64,000 nt of DNA from contig CAVNZM010000001.1 in the NCBI GenBank assembly GCA_963693365.1, positions 10,318,161 to 10,382,160 of the forward strand, in the 5' to 3' direction. The stretch is from Amoebidium appalachense. Lineage: Eukaryota > Protista > Ichthyosporea. Position 1 is the stretch's first letter, and every line of letters begins with the position of its first letter. Of this stretch, positions 1-36,207 are shown in pieces. A program made the position numbers and the translations under genes. The notes below the pieces were generated by a model, which saw only the letters and a list, made by a program, of their open reading frames with translations, searched no databases and was not told the DNA's origin.

Positions 1-285
1 ATAGACACGCTTAGGCAAAAGACCCGCGAGAAACAGAAAAACATAGTCAACACCGGTGTTTGTGGCGCTTTTCGAAAGTAAAAAACATACACTACGTTTG
101 TGTAAAACTCCTGGCGTTGTGGCTCGAACCAACAGGCGCCATATCATTTCCAAGTCAAAGATGCCTATATTTTTGGAACTGATGCGAATGTGCATCGGCG
201 AACAAAACGGGGTTAAGCAAAGGCCACAAGGGGGGGGGGGGGGGGGGGAAAGGCAAAAAAAAAAAAAAAAAAAAAAAGCACGCTA

Positions 286-22672
<22,387 letters not shown>

Positions 22673-22924
22673 TTTTTCCAACTTTAGGTATATCAGTCGA
22701 AGCACCTGCTAGCTAACAAACATCGGTTGAATCGATTGTATTGTGTGTGGGTAATCGCCAATTCTTGGCCCTAGAGTAAGGTAAGTAATAGTTAGCGCAT
22801 TGCTAGTGTAACTTTCCTCTGCGCTTTACAGTGTTCTGTTGCATTCGTGGGTACATCCACCAACATTGACAACTTTCGCTGCCCCTTCTTCGGTCGTTCT
22901 ACTTCTCAGCTGACTGGATACTGA

Positions 22925-22965
22925 AAGTCGCCGCGCGATGACGTAATCGCATGATTGGCGCGAGG
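22925..22965 (-). promoter_or_regulatory. Putative DHX16 proximal promoter: CRE/ATF-like TGACGT, CCAAT box (ATTGG) and E2F-like TTGGCGCG
   Basis: Motifs cluster in CpG-rich, microsatellite-free sequence ~260-290 bp upstream of the ATG. Confidence 0.45.
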
Positions 22966-23866
22966 GTGCATGACACGAACGAGGATCGAGGAACCCAGGG
23001 AGTTCTTTCTACTCATGCGCATGCAGCATGAGTGCGGACACGTTATAAAAGACGACAGGCGGGACCTGTTAGGTCAGTGGTGGTGTGCTGGTGGTGGTTA
23101 TGGTAGTGGTGTGCACCTCGGTGTGTGTTTCCTCATGTGTGTTTGTGTGTGGGGGAGTTGTCCACCTCCCCCCCCTCTCTTTCTCCCTCTCCCTCTCCCC
23201 CTCCCCTCCCCTCCCCCCCCTTCCCCCACCCCTTCCCTCCCTCCCTCCCCCCCCCCCCCCCCCCCCCCCGCATGGCATTTTTTGGGGGGATACAACTGTG
23301 TTCGAGCCCCCCCCTCCTTCCCCCCTCCTCCCTCCCCCCCCCACCTATCTATCGTCGTGTGTGTGTGCAACAGGCCGCTAGCTAGAAGAGGTTTTCGTGG
23401 GTTCAGGCTGATATGATAACACGTGCCAACAAGGTACTGTAGAGCACTCGCCTATGCACCATCTTTGTGAGACTAAATGTGTCGGTGTGTACGACGTTGT
23501 AATGAATTTTGTGTTCATGTGAATGTCGTTTACGTGTGTCACGGTGTGTGTGACAGTCATGATAACGGAGTGTGTGCGTGAGTTGGGTGGTGTGGTCGTG
23601 TGGTGTTGGGTGTCTGTGTGTGTGTGTACATGTGTGCCTGCACACGCATGCATGCAGTGCCACGTGTACAGTGCGCCAGAGTCTTACACTGTCCGTTCGA
23701 ATTCAACCTCACAAGCAAATGCCAAAAACAAAAACAACCGATTCAATAGTTCTGAATAAAACTAACACAAACCATAATGTCCGCTTGAACAACAAGATCT
23801 GAGGCTTCTCATTTTTCTCATACTTCAAACACTGTTTGAAAGGGAGGGAAAGGGGGGGGGGGGAAA

Positions 23867-23903
<37 letters not shown>

Positions 23904-24188
23904 GCGATTCATCGCATTGCCTTGCCATGCGAACATTCATCACGGTATGTAATTTTTGGTGCTGCCAGCACATCTAGTCGGAATGCATATGAAAACGTAC
24001 ATGTATACGTACCGCATGCATACACATTCGGCCGGCTCACGCTTTGGCAAGTGTACAATCGGCAAAGCACGTGGTACCTAACCGTTTTATACTGCTGTGC
24101 CACTTGTATATCAATATCAGCACATGATTATCCCGAAACCTTCCCCCTTTCCCCCTCCCTCCCCCTCCCCCCCCCTCCCCCCCCCCTC

Positions 24189-24219
<31 letters not shown>

Positions 24220-24438
24220 AAAAAAATAATAATAAAAACCGGCATACACACATGCACACACCACAAGGTCCGACACCCCCCAGAAAAAACGCTTGGGCCG
24301 TGTGTGTGCGTAACTGTGTGATCAGGTGTATTCTTGACAGTGTTACAAAAACCGTTTACGGACGTATATACCGTGGATGTAATCGATATGATAAGTTTTA
24401 TAAGGGGACGGGAAGGGGGGGGGGGGGGGGGGGTTCAC

Positions 24439-24487
<49 letters not shown>

Positions 24488-25181
24488 CTTTGTCAAATAC
24501 GTCTTTTTCGAATGTGGGGGGTAGGGGGGGGGAGGGGGGGGGGGGGGGAGAGGGGGGTGGGAGCGGGAGGGAGGGGTTGCCCGGGGGGTGGTGGTGGTAA
24601 TGTGTGTTTGCGTTTTTTTTTTGGGGGGGGGGGAGGGGGGAGGGGGGGGGGAGGAGGGGGAGGGAGGGCTTGTGGAACCATCACCGTTTGTTTTCACAAG
24701 CCTTCACACGCAGAGTCACATATTCAAAAAGCCGCTTTTTCAGTGCATGTAATTTTTGATCTAACAGTTCTTTTACTCACAGTGTGGCTGAATGTGTTTC
24801 TGCTGCGTAAAACATTTGAACAGAACAAAAAGTTAGAAGCTAATTTCGATCATTATTACAGTCACCGTTACACTTTCCCCCCGCTCATACGTATACAAAT
24901 TAACTGACTGAAAATACTAACAAGCTAAAAATCAAAAAGAGGAAAGATAAAAGAACATAAAAGAAATCGAGATACGTATCAAACAAAATAGGCCCGAAAA
25001 TGAATCAACGACAGCCCCCCCCCCCCCCCCCCCCCCCCCCAAAAAAAAATAAAATAAAATAAAAAAATAAAAAAATCAGAAATGATATGATTAACATGCA
25101 CCCAGGGACCCCCTCCCCCCTCCTTCCCCCTCCTCCCCCCCCCCCCTCCCCCTCCCTCCCCTTCCACCCCCTCCCCCCTCC

Positions 25182-25212
<31 letters not shown>

Positions 25213-25514
25213 ACCGAACACACTCTCCACCTGAGCCCTTTTTCGACCAAAGCTAAAATCACCCTACCCCAGCCAACCACCCACCCATGCCACCGCCATC
25301 GTCTCCCGGACCCCCCTACATAGGCCCTAGAAATTCTCAGTTCAGTTTTCCACCGTTAGCCAACTACTGCACCAAGTCCACCCCTTTACTTTTGAACATG
25401 CATACGTGTTGCTGGTACAATGGATCTATTACGTGAAATAAAGCTATCCCACTTCCATTGCAGAGAATGTATATATCTCTATTTGTTGCACTAATCAACA
25501 CCCACACACTACCA

Positions 25515-25654
25515 TTAAAGGGGGCTTCCTTTTTGGGACCCGGGTCGAGTCAGACCCGAAAGAGATTTGCGCTATATAATTTGTGTAAATTGCATCAAAT
25601 AGCATATTCGCTCGACCCGAAAGGGCCAAAATTGGCTAAAAGAACCCCCTTTAA
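25515..25654. mobile_element. MITE of 132 bp with TTAA target duplication and AGGGGG termini (Kolobok-like); relatives at 20041-20179, 30031-30105, 41938-41979, 42113-42237
   Basis: ttaa|agggggcttc ... agaaccccct|ttaa; internal motif GGATCCGGGTC..GTCAGACCCGAA shared among copies. Confidence 0.75.
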
Positions 25655-25669
25655 CTCCAGCAATGGGGT

Positions 25670-25836
25670 TTATGTGCTTGAAGATGGGGCAGGTTCAGGC
25701 TCCACAAACGGAGTACGCTGCGGTGGCCCCTGTCGTGTGCTTGCTGCTCCGTCTGGAGGTGCGAGCTGTGTGTGTGCCTGCTCGTGTACATGTGTGATGT
25801 GTGTGTGGGGGGGGGGGGGGGGGGGGGGGGGAGGGG

Positions 25837-25907
<71 letters not shown>

Positions 25908-26838
25908 CGTCCGTACATGTGAATTGTGCGTGATTGTGTGCGGCGCGTGGTGGTAGTGGTGAAGGGGGGAGGGGGAGGGAGGGGAGGGGGGAGTGATGTA
26001 TGCGTTAGAGCGTTGGAAATATGGAGGGGGAGGGGGTGGGGAGGGGAGGGGAGGGGGGGGGGGGGGGGGGGGATGTATTGGTTAGAAGTGAAGTGACAGC
26101 ACAAGAGCAAACCCGAACAGTATGTTAGAAGATCAGAAAACAAAAACAAAAAAGACCTAAAACAACACCCTGATCCCTATCATCTCACAACACTGACACC
26201 ATGCGTTGAATATGAGCCATTCCGTTATTACAAACCCTACCCCCTCCCCCCCCAAAAAAAAGAAAACCCCCAATGAATATAAAACACCCACATCAACACT
26301 GGCACTCTATAACCCCCCCTCCCCCCCCTTCTTCCCCCGACAAGGTGTTACCCACCAACCAACACGCCCACACACTAGCCATAAAAGGCTATTTATTTCC
26401 TACCTGGCCAATCCTAGCCACATTGCCCATGGACCCCATTGCGGTCATCATCAGGGTCTCATTCAGTGACTCCTCCTCATCACTTTCAGCCCCCCCAACC
26501 GCAAATTTCGAGAGCTCGTTGCTGCTGGCCGTGCGTTCCAGCCCCTGTGATACGTGCAAACGACACCTTAAACAACATTTTTCGGTGGGATACATGGGAA
26601 CTGGGACCAGTCCCTCCCATCCCCCAGTTTCATTTGCCTATCTTCCCAGCATCACATACTATTCCTCCTAATTGGGTCCGCACAACTCCCTCCTCCCCCC
26701 CCCCTCCCCCCCTCCCCTGCCCCAGAAAAGAGGGGGGAAGACCACCATCTTCATCACAACCACCATCATAAACTCACACTCACATGCACATGTGCGTGCA
26801 CCTGCACGTGCGCAGGCGCTAGCACACACGCGCACACA

Positions 26839-26871
<33 letters not shown>

Positions 26872-27098
26872 ACACACACACACACAAACACACACAAACA
26901 CACACACACACAGACCTGTTTACTTAAAAACACGATGCGTGCACACGCCTGCACTCTCACAAGCCACTTGCGGGCACACCTACCCACCCACCCACCACCC
27001 ACCCCCATCCCAACCCCCTCACCCCCACCCCCATCCACCCCTCCACACACACACACCCATACCCCCCCCCCCCCCCCCCCTTCCCCCCACATGCACAC

Positions 27099-27176
<78 letters not shown>

Positions 27177-28013
27177 TCTCCCCCCGTGCCTGCAGCAAGC
27201 GGTCCAGGCATGCCTCCAGCATGTGCATCCGTCCCTCCAACCGCAGCACCTTGCTCTCGAGCATCTCCGCCTGGCCAATGAGAACTCGACTTTAGTTTTT
27301 ATCAATACACACATAAATATATTTAGTAATTTTTATCCCCACACATATTTATATCTAGGTAGTGGGCAGTTTTCGATGCAGCACCTTGCTCTTAAGCATC
27401 TCCGCCTGGCCAATGAGAACTCGACTTCGGTTTTTATCCATACACACATAAATATATCTAGGTAGTGAGCAGTTTTAAATGCATACTGACAAGCAATCTA
27501 CGATGAGAGGAGTTAGCGCGGGGCGGGGAGGGGGGAGGGGGAGAAAAGGAGGGGGGGGGGGGGGGGGAGAGGGAGGGAGGGGGGGAGAGGGAGGGGGGGG
27601 GGGGGGGGATGTATGCATAAGAGGAAGAGGGTTGGAAACATCGAGGAGACACCAAAATCCAAAACATAGAACGTCACAAATTAAAAACGCCCGGAGGGGG
27701 GGGGGGGGGGGAGGGGGAGGGGGGAGGGGGAAAGGGGCAGACTTTTAGAGACTACTATCAACAACGTCGGCGCTTTGTCCTTTTCTGCTTTCAATGCAAG
27801 GGCATTCACTCCCACTGACACACGAACTGCGTGCAATGAGAGACGCGTACTCATGCAAGCACACACACACACACACGAGCACGGAAACATCTGATCCCTC
27901 TCGCACGTGCACACCCACACACACACGGGCAGACGAAGGCTCAGTTACACAGAAAAGTCCCGCCCCCCGTTCCCCCCCCCCTCCCCCCCCCCCCCCCCCC
28001 CCCCCCAAACACA

Positions 28014-28095
<82 letters not shown>

Positions 28096-28504
28096 GTGCC
28101 GCTTACATTGATAAAACACAAGGACACACCCACACACCTTTTTCTGCAGAAGAATTGTGTCTGCCGATGATGGCCCAACCCCCTCACTAGTGACTGACCG
28201 GGGACGGCCTGCAAAACACCACCGAACAATCAGTAAAAACCTTAAAACCCTGTGCTCACGAAACCAACCAAATATATTGTGTGCCTCAGCCGCCCCCTCC
28301 TCCCCCCCCCCCCCCCCCCCCCTCCTCTCCCCACCCACCCACACCTCTTGTTTCCCCCCCCCCCCCCCCCAACCACCACCACCACCACCACCACCGGCCC
28401 TCTCCCTCTTCTCCCACACCACACCTACCGACCAACAGTAAGCACAAACCCACACACCAACATTCTACGATACTATCCAAACAACCACATGTGGACTGTG
28501 GTGT

Positions 28505-28537
<33 letters not shown>

Positions 28538-28575
28538 ACAACCATCCCCCCCACCACTCATCCCCTCTCCCCCCC

Positions 28576-28610
<35 letters not shown>

Positions 28611-29855
28611 ACCACCACACACACACACGCACACCCAAAAAACCTGGGACGGGGTCTACTAACAGGGGGCAAGGGGTGAGAGAGGGAGAGTGGGGATAAC
28701 GAGGAGACAGAACATGTGGGCTTTTTGGGTTCTTTTTTTGGGAATTCTCGTACCAAGCCCACCTTTACTAAGGCTTGGTGTGAGGGGGTTGGGCGAGTCC
28801 TCGAATATTTCAAACAGATACTTTTTGATGCGCTCGGCATAGGACGTGGCATCAATCGTTGAGAGCTGTGGTGAGGGCGGGAGAGGGTCCGGGTGGGTGG
28901 GGTGGGGTGGGGGGGGGGGGGGGGGGGGAGGGGGTAGGGGGGGAAGGGGGGGGGGGGAGGGGGTAGGGAGGGGAAAGGGGGGAGGGGGGGGGGGGGGGGA
29001 GGAGGGAGGGAGGAAGGGGAGAGTTAGATGCCGGATACAGTCCAAAGTGCAAATTTACAAATTTGCAAATTTTCGTGAAATGTATATACGTAGGGTCCGC
29101 CCACCGCGAAGAAGGGGTCGAAGAGAAGGTGACGGTGGGAGGTAGGAAGGCGGGGGAGGGGAGGGGACGAGGAGAGGGGGGGGGGGGGGGGGAAGAGCAT
29201 GTGTCACACCAGCAACTCCCTGTTCACTCTCCTCAAATCCATCTACGTATCTGTCCTTCCCAAAGGTTAACAATCTCCCCCCCCCCTCCCCCCCCCCCCC
29301 CCACTCTCTCCCTCTCCCCCTGCCTTACCTTTCTACCATACGATTCTATACACCCTGCCCTCACTTCTTTATCGGCCAAACACCAATAACATCAGACCAT
29401 ATCAACCCCCCTTCCCTCCCCCCTCCCCCCCCCCCCCCCCCTGCAGGGCGCACATTATCCCTCCCCCTTCCCACCCCTATTCCCCACGTTTCCCGGCTCT
29501 CCAACCCCTCCCCCCCCCCCCCCCCCCTCCCCTCCCCTCCCCCCGCCCCATCCCTCATCCTCACTTTCCCACATCCCCTCACCGTGTCCGGGTTCCACAG
29601 GGCCGTCTTAAACATGTGAGCAGTCTTCTTCTTGAGGCCGTATGACGTCAGACAGTCGATGAACCCAACATGGTACAGCTGCACGAATGTCACATATCCA
29701 TCAGTCACTGATCCCCCTCCCCCCCCTCCCCCCCCCCCCCCTCCTCCCCACCCTCCCCCCTTCCCCCCCGCACCACCGACCTACCGGACAAGCACCGTCA
29801 TCACAAAAAACCACACACAGACACAACCAGATACCCACCCCCCCCCCCCCCCCCC

Positions 29856-29912
<57 letters not shown>

Positions 29913-30281
29913 GCACCTCCTTCTTGTCAGCCCTGCTTGGTCTCACTGTTGCCCACGTTGGCCTCTCCACAGCTTGGCCGGCGGGTGGTGGGTCCGAGAT
30001 GCCAATAAGCAGGCTGAGGGTGTGTATGTGTTAAAGGGGGCTTCTTCAAGGAATCCGGGTCAGGTCAGACCCGAAAAAGTCTCAAATCTAACTATCTTGA
30101 ATATGGGTGGGTCACCAACATATAGCAGAACGAGCACCGGGGAAGGGGGTGGGAGGAGGGGGAGGGGGGAGGGGGGGGAGGTCACAGGTGGAGGCATCGC
30201 GAGCATGTCTGGGGCCTTGGTGGTGGTGGTGGTGGTGCGTGTGTATGTGCGGGTAGAGGGGGGAGGGGGAGGGAGGAGGGG

Positions 30282-30328
<47 letters not shown>

Positions 30329-30679
30329 CGTGTGTGTGTGAACGTGGTGATGGGTGGTGTTGGTCCGAGGGTAGAAGATAAGAGACGAGGGGGTGTGTAT
30401 GTTTGTCTCCGAAGGGGGCTGGGGGGGGGGGGGGGGGAGGCGTGGAGGTGGGGAGGGGGAGAGGGGGCAGGGGAGGGGGAAGGTGGGGGAGGGGAGATGA
30501 GTATGTATACCTGTAATCCATAAGGTTGTTTGCTTGGAAGAAGTTGATGTCTCCAGCCAAGGTGGTGAAGAAATCAAACTTGACCTCCTCTGGTGGGCCA
30601 TCGTGTAAATGCCCAAACAGACATCAAATGATGGGCGGTAATGTATTATAAATAACTAAGACCGTGTGTGTATGTGTGT

Positions 30680-30751
<72 letters not shown>

Positions 30752-31917
30752 TGGGGGGGGGGGGGGGGGGTTTGAATGCGTCATAAAGTACGAAGTACAC
30801 AAGAACAAACGGATAACACGATGCAGAATGCAAGCCATACATAAAGAGTATGCATATTAAGCAGAGCCCATCCTCAGGGGGGGCCCACGTCATCCACAGT
30901 ACCCGAGTTTCGACCTATTCACCTCGATAACGAAGCCCAACTCAGATACTGTTTCACTTGAACATGGGTAGGTCACCCGTCTTGATCAGAGACGAGCAGG
31001 GTTGCTTATGCAGGCAAGGGCAGTGGGAAAGGCCGGGGGTTAAAGTTGCAGCAGTAAGCAGAAGCAAGAAAAATATAGATAGGAACGCAGGAGACGGGGC
31101 TTCTAGGAAGCTCCCCCGTCGCTACCTAAGTCGATACTTCCCTGGCTAACATACTACACCAGCTGAAAAGAATTAAGTCCCGAAGGCCGCAGAATTCGCA
31201 ATCAGAGGGGAAAATATGAGATTTGACCCACGCCGCAGGGTAGTAACACGCTTACTAGGGCGGAACTTTATTGTCTTCGAACGGAAAGCCATGTCCCCGG
31301 ATGTCAGCCGGAAATATGGTATCACCCATTGCTTTGGGCTTGAAAAAAGCCAAATCGACAGTCCGAGTTATGTTACACCGGCGGGTAACATGCCGCATGG
31401 GTTCCAAGGGAGCTGTCGCCAACAGAGCGGTGTGTGCATGCGTGCGCGTAACGCAATGTGTGAAGTGTGTCTATAGCTATGAAAGGGGGTATGCAGAAGT
31501 GGACAGATGAAGTGTGTGGAGAGAAAAACAGTAAGAAGAAAAGTAGACACCGGTGTGTGCAACCCCGCACAACATACATACACACACACACACACATAAA
31601 TAAGCGAAGATTACAGGTAATCAACCAGAACAACAAATGACAAGCAAAACAACAGGCGCCAAAAAAAAAAAAAAAAAAAAAAGAAGAAGAGAGAGAGAGA
31701 GAAAGAGAAAAGGGGGGGAGAGGGGGAGGGGGAGGGGGAGGGGGGTCTTAGGGATGCTGCAGAATCGTCAGATATTAGACAAATCGTACCAATACGATCA
31801 TTCTCTCATATACGAGAGAAGATTGTGACTAACGATGTGCAGAGCTGGTTAAGACCTGTTGAGTGTGCAGAGAAAATGGGAGGGGAAGGAGGAGGGGAAG
31901 GGAGGGGGGGGGGGGGG

Positions 31918-31949
<32 letters not shown>

Positions 31950-32210
31950 AATGGAAAAAAGGGATCCCATGGAGCAATAGGAAAACAGGTAGGGCAGTTG
32001 GTACCTGTAAGGGCGCAAGTATGCTGCAAACAAACCCAGAACAGCAAAGACATGGGGAATACACTAAGATTTGCTTGCGGACAGGAACACACGCATACAG
32101 CCATACGTATATTCCACAAGGGAAACACACCAACGTGCCCGTGTGATGTTGTGTGTGCATCGATGCACTCAGTTGCGGCATTGCAGTATGCATGCATGTG
32201 AAAAGGCCGC

Positions 32211-32266
<56 letters not shown>

Positions 32267-32543
32267 CACACATACCTGCCAGGTAGAACTTTCTGTCGAG
32301 GTCTTTGTCTTTGAACACGTAGTTGCTGCCCACCTGTTCTCCCCAACCCTTTAGCATCAACCCCTCCTCCTTCTGCTCACCCCCCCACCCCGAACACACA
32401 CACACACACAAACAAAAGAAAAGGACAAAGGAAGAGACAAAGAAAACCCTTTTCGAGTAATCCCAAGGAAAAAACATGTATCTCCTGTCCCCATAACCCC
32501 ATTTCCCCCTCCCCTCCTCTCCCCTCCCTCCCCCTCCCCCCTC

Positions 32544-32586
<43 letters not shown>

Positions 32587-32671
32587 GGGGCCTTTCCTCG
32601 AGAGTCCAGATAATCTCCTGTTAATATGTTTGATTGTATCTAAGTTCGAAGGATTACCAAAACTAATCTAC

Positions 32672-32706
<35 letters not shown>

Positions 32707-32779
32707 ATATACACTCATATATATACATACATACATACATACATACATACATACATACATACATACATACATACATACA

Positions 32780-32829
<50 letters not shown>

Positions 32830-33259
32830 TCATAAAGGTGCGAACGATACCGCATACATGCCTTGTGTGGGGAGGGAGGAGGTGGCGCGGCGGGGGTGAG
32901 GGGCGATGGGGGGGAAGAGAGAGAGAGGAGGAGGGGGGGTGGGGGTGGGGGTGGGGTGGGTTGGGGAGAGGGAGCACCTTTTGAGTGTTTTGAAGGGCTT
33001 TTCCTGGCTTGGGTACTCTGCCTGTGCAAACCATCATCAGCAATCTTGCTCTTACACTACCCCTTTATCGACAAAAAGGACAGGCGGGAGAGCAAGAGAG
33101 AGCAGTATACACACATATATACACACGGCACACACGCATGCCCGCAAATACACACACACACACACACAAATGCACGCACGCACACACGTACAAACAAACG
33201 CAAAAGCACACACAAAAGCACAAATGCACATAGAAAGAAGCAAACGCAAGCGTGCTTGC

Positions 33260-33342
<83 letters not shown>

Positions 33343-33391
33343 TCACAACTAGACAGGCAGGCAGGCTCAGGCAGGCAGGCAGACACGTGCG

Positions 33392-33476
<85 letters not shown>

Positions 33477-33525
33477 CCACAACTAGACAAACACGCAGGC
33501 TCAGGCAGGCAGGCAGACACGTACG

Positions 33526-33618
<93 letters not shown>

Positions 33619-34035
33619 TTCAAGTCGTAGATTGCATTTACGCCATTTGGGGGGTTGTAGAGCACGTTGTTGAAGATGATGACGTAGTGAGTGAACCCCG
33701 GCAACCGGCATCGCTACGTGTGCAATTTTAATTAGACTTGGCAAAAATACGAAAATAAGGAGATAAAAAGGTAAATATACCGAAAAAAAGAAGACAAAAA
33801 GAGAAATGTATACAGAAAAGAAAACAAAAAAGAAAAATGCAATAAAAAAGAAGATAAAATGATAAATGCACGAAAAAAGAAGGCAAAAAGATAGATACTA
33901 AAAGTGGAAGACAAAAAGACTAATATATGAAAAAAGAAGATAAAAGGATAGATTTACGAAAATAAGGTCTGTACATACTGTGTGGAACGGCACAGAACCC
34001 ATTTGGGTTTGTCCATGAAGGAGATCCTCAATGGA

Positions 34036-34105
<70 letters not shown>

Positions 34106-35565
34106 TTTTCGTGTGTGGCTACATGCGCCGGTGCATGTGTGTGTACCCGGGCACACACATGTCTGGGTGCATGGCTGAGTGTTGGTGTGTGCGGGCGCAT
34201 GCGCGGCTGCATGCGCATGCGCGTGTGTGCGTGTATGTGTGTGTGTGTGCGCGCGCGCACGTGCTGTGTGCCTGCCTGCCTGAGTGTGCGCCTGCCTGAG
34301 TGTGTGCCTGTTTACGTGTTCATGCCCGCGCGTGTGTGGCTGCGTGGCTGAAAGTGGATGCGCGCTCTTGCATGCGCATGGAGGTGAGTGAGTATGGGTG
34401 TGTACATGTCTGCGTGTGGGCAAGAAGGGAGGGTGGGTGGGTGGGAGGGGTGGGTGGGAGGGAGGGAGGAAGGGAGGGAGGAGTGTGAGATGGGGGAAGG
34501 ATAATGAAAAAGGGCAGAGCCTAGTGCGTACCATCAAACCGAACACCTTCATGATAAGAGACTCTGGGTGGTCGGTCAGGTGTTGGTAGTAGGCGGGCAG
34601 TACCTCAAGAAACGTCAAAACCTGCAGAAAAAATCTTAATAACACCGTTTTTTGCTTCTGATAACCTTTGTTCATCAACATAAATGTTTTCAATTCTTAA
34701 TACCATAGTTTTTGCTCCTGATAACTTTTACCATAGTTTTTGCTTCTCAAAACCTTTTTTCATTGATACAAAGATTCGTAACACCATAGTTTTTGCTTCT
34801 AATAAACTTTTTTCATCAACATAAATTTCATTTTTTCATTGATACAAAGATTCGTAACACCATAGTTTTTGCTTCTAATAACCTTTATTCATCAACATAA
34901 ATTTCAATTCTTAACACCATATTTTTTGCTTCTAGTAAACTTTCTTCGTCTAAATCAGATGTTTTCAATTCTTAATACCATAGTTTTTTCTTCTAATAAA
35001 GTTTTTTCATCAACATAAACGTTTTCAATTCTTAACACCATAGTTTTTGCTTCTAATAACCTGTCTTCATCAACATATATGTTTTCAATTCTTAACACCA
35101 TAAACTTTTTTTCTAATAACCTTTCTTGATCAACATAAAAGTTTTCAATTCTTCACACTGTTGTTTTTGCTTCTAATAACCTTTCTTGATCAACATATAA
35201 GTTTTCAAATCTTAACACTATAGTTTTTGCTTCTAATACCTTTTCTTCATCAACATATATGTTTTCAGGCAGGCAATGCTTCAAGAAACGTCACAACTTG
35301 CAAGGGATATGCTTATTACTACTGGATCTTTCATAGTGTTATTCTTATATTATTGTTAACACATTTTGCTTCTTTTCCTTTCCTTTTCGGGAAATTAATG
35401 TTGGAATTTCCATAGTGTTGATGCTTATCTCTATGTTAACACATTTTGCTGGTTTGATTTCTTTTTAGGGGATTGTTAAACTTCACACAGTTTTCTTCTT
35501 TTTTATCTCTTTTTGGGTGGATTGTTAACTTTAAACGCACATGGACACGCACAAGCGCGCACGCG

Positions 35566-35636
<71 letters not shown>

Positions 35637-35773
35637 ACACACACACACACACACATACATGCACACACGCACAGGCACAGGCACGCACGCAGGCACACAC
35701 GCACACGCACACACACATGCACACGCACACGCATATGCACATGTACCTACCCATGCCCAGGCATAAGCACTCC

Positions 35774-35833
<60 letters not shown>

Positions 35834-36171
35834 CACCCCAACCCACACACACCAACACACACATGCACGCACCCACACATGAACGAGCACACACGTGCAC
35901 TCACCTCGTCATGGGGGATGGTCTTAAGCATATATCTGTTGTCGTCAGAGAGCAAGAACAGAGACCCACTCCGCCCTGCACCTTCCTGCGGCCCACCAAC
36001 AACCAACACAACTTAGTGCTTGTTTTAAAAAAAAAGAGGGGGGGGGGGGGGGGAGGGGGGGGGGGGCAACTAAATGATCTTTCTTCCTGTTTTGTATGGT
36101 ATTACATATATATGCAATCATCATCCGACCTCCATGTAGCTGATATAACGATGACGGAATACCGAGCAACA

Positions 36172-36207
<36 letters not shown>

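Noticed and set aside
22955-25500. Plus-strand gene upstream of DHX16
   Set aside because: No recognisable protein motifs or phase-consistent exons.
29190-29273. ORF fragment [15 protein letters not shown] as an exon
   Set aside because: Exons 29583 and 28865 already join to give an intact activation loop.
30870-30945. Hammerhead ribozyme (GAAAC..GTA and CTGAGGA on the minus strand)
   Set aside because: Core-like words are present, but stems I and II cannot be built in hammerhead topology, and an alternative 14-bp helix consumes these bases.
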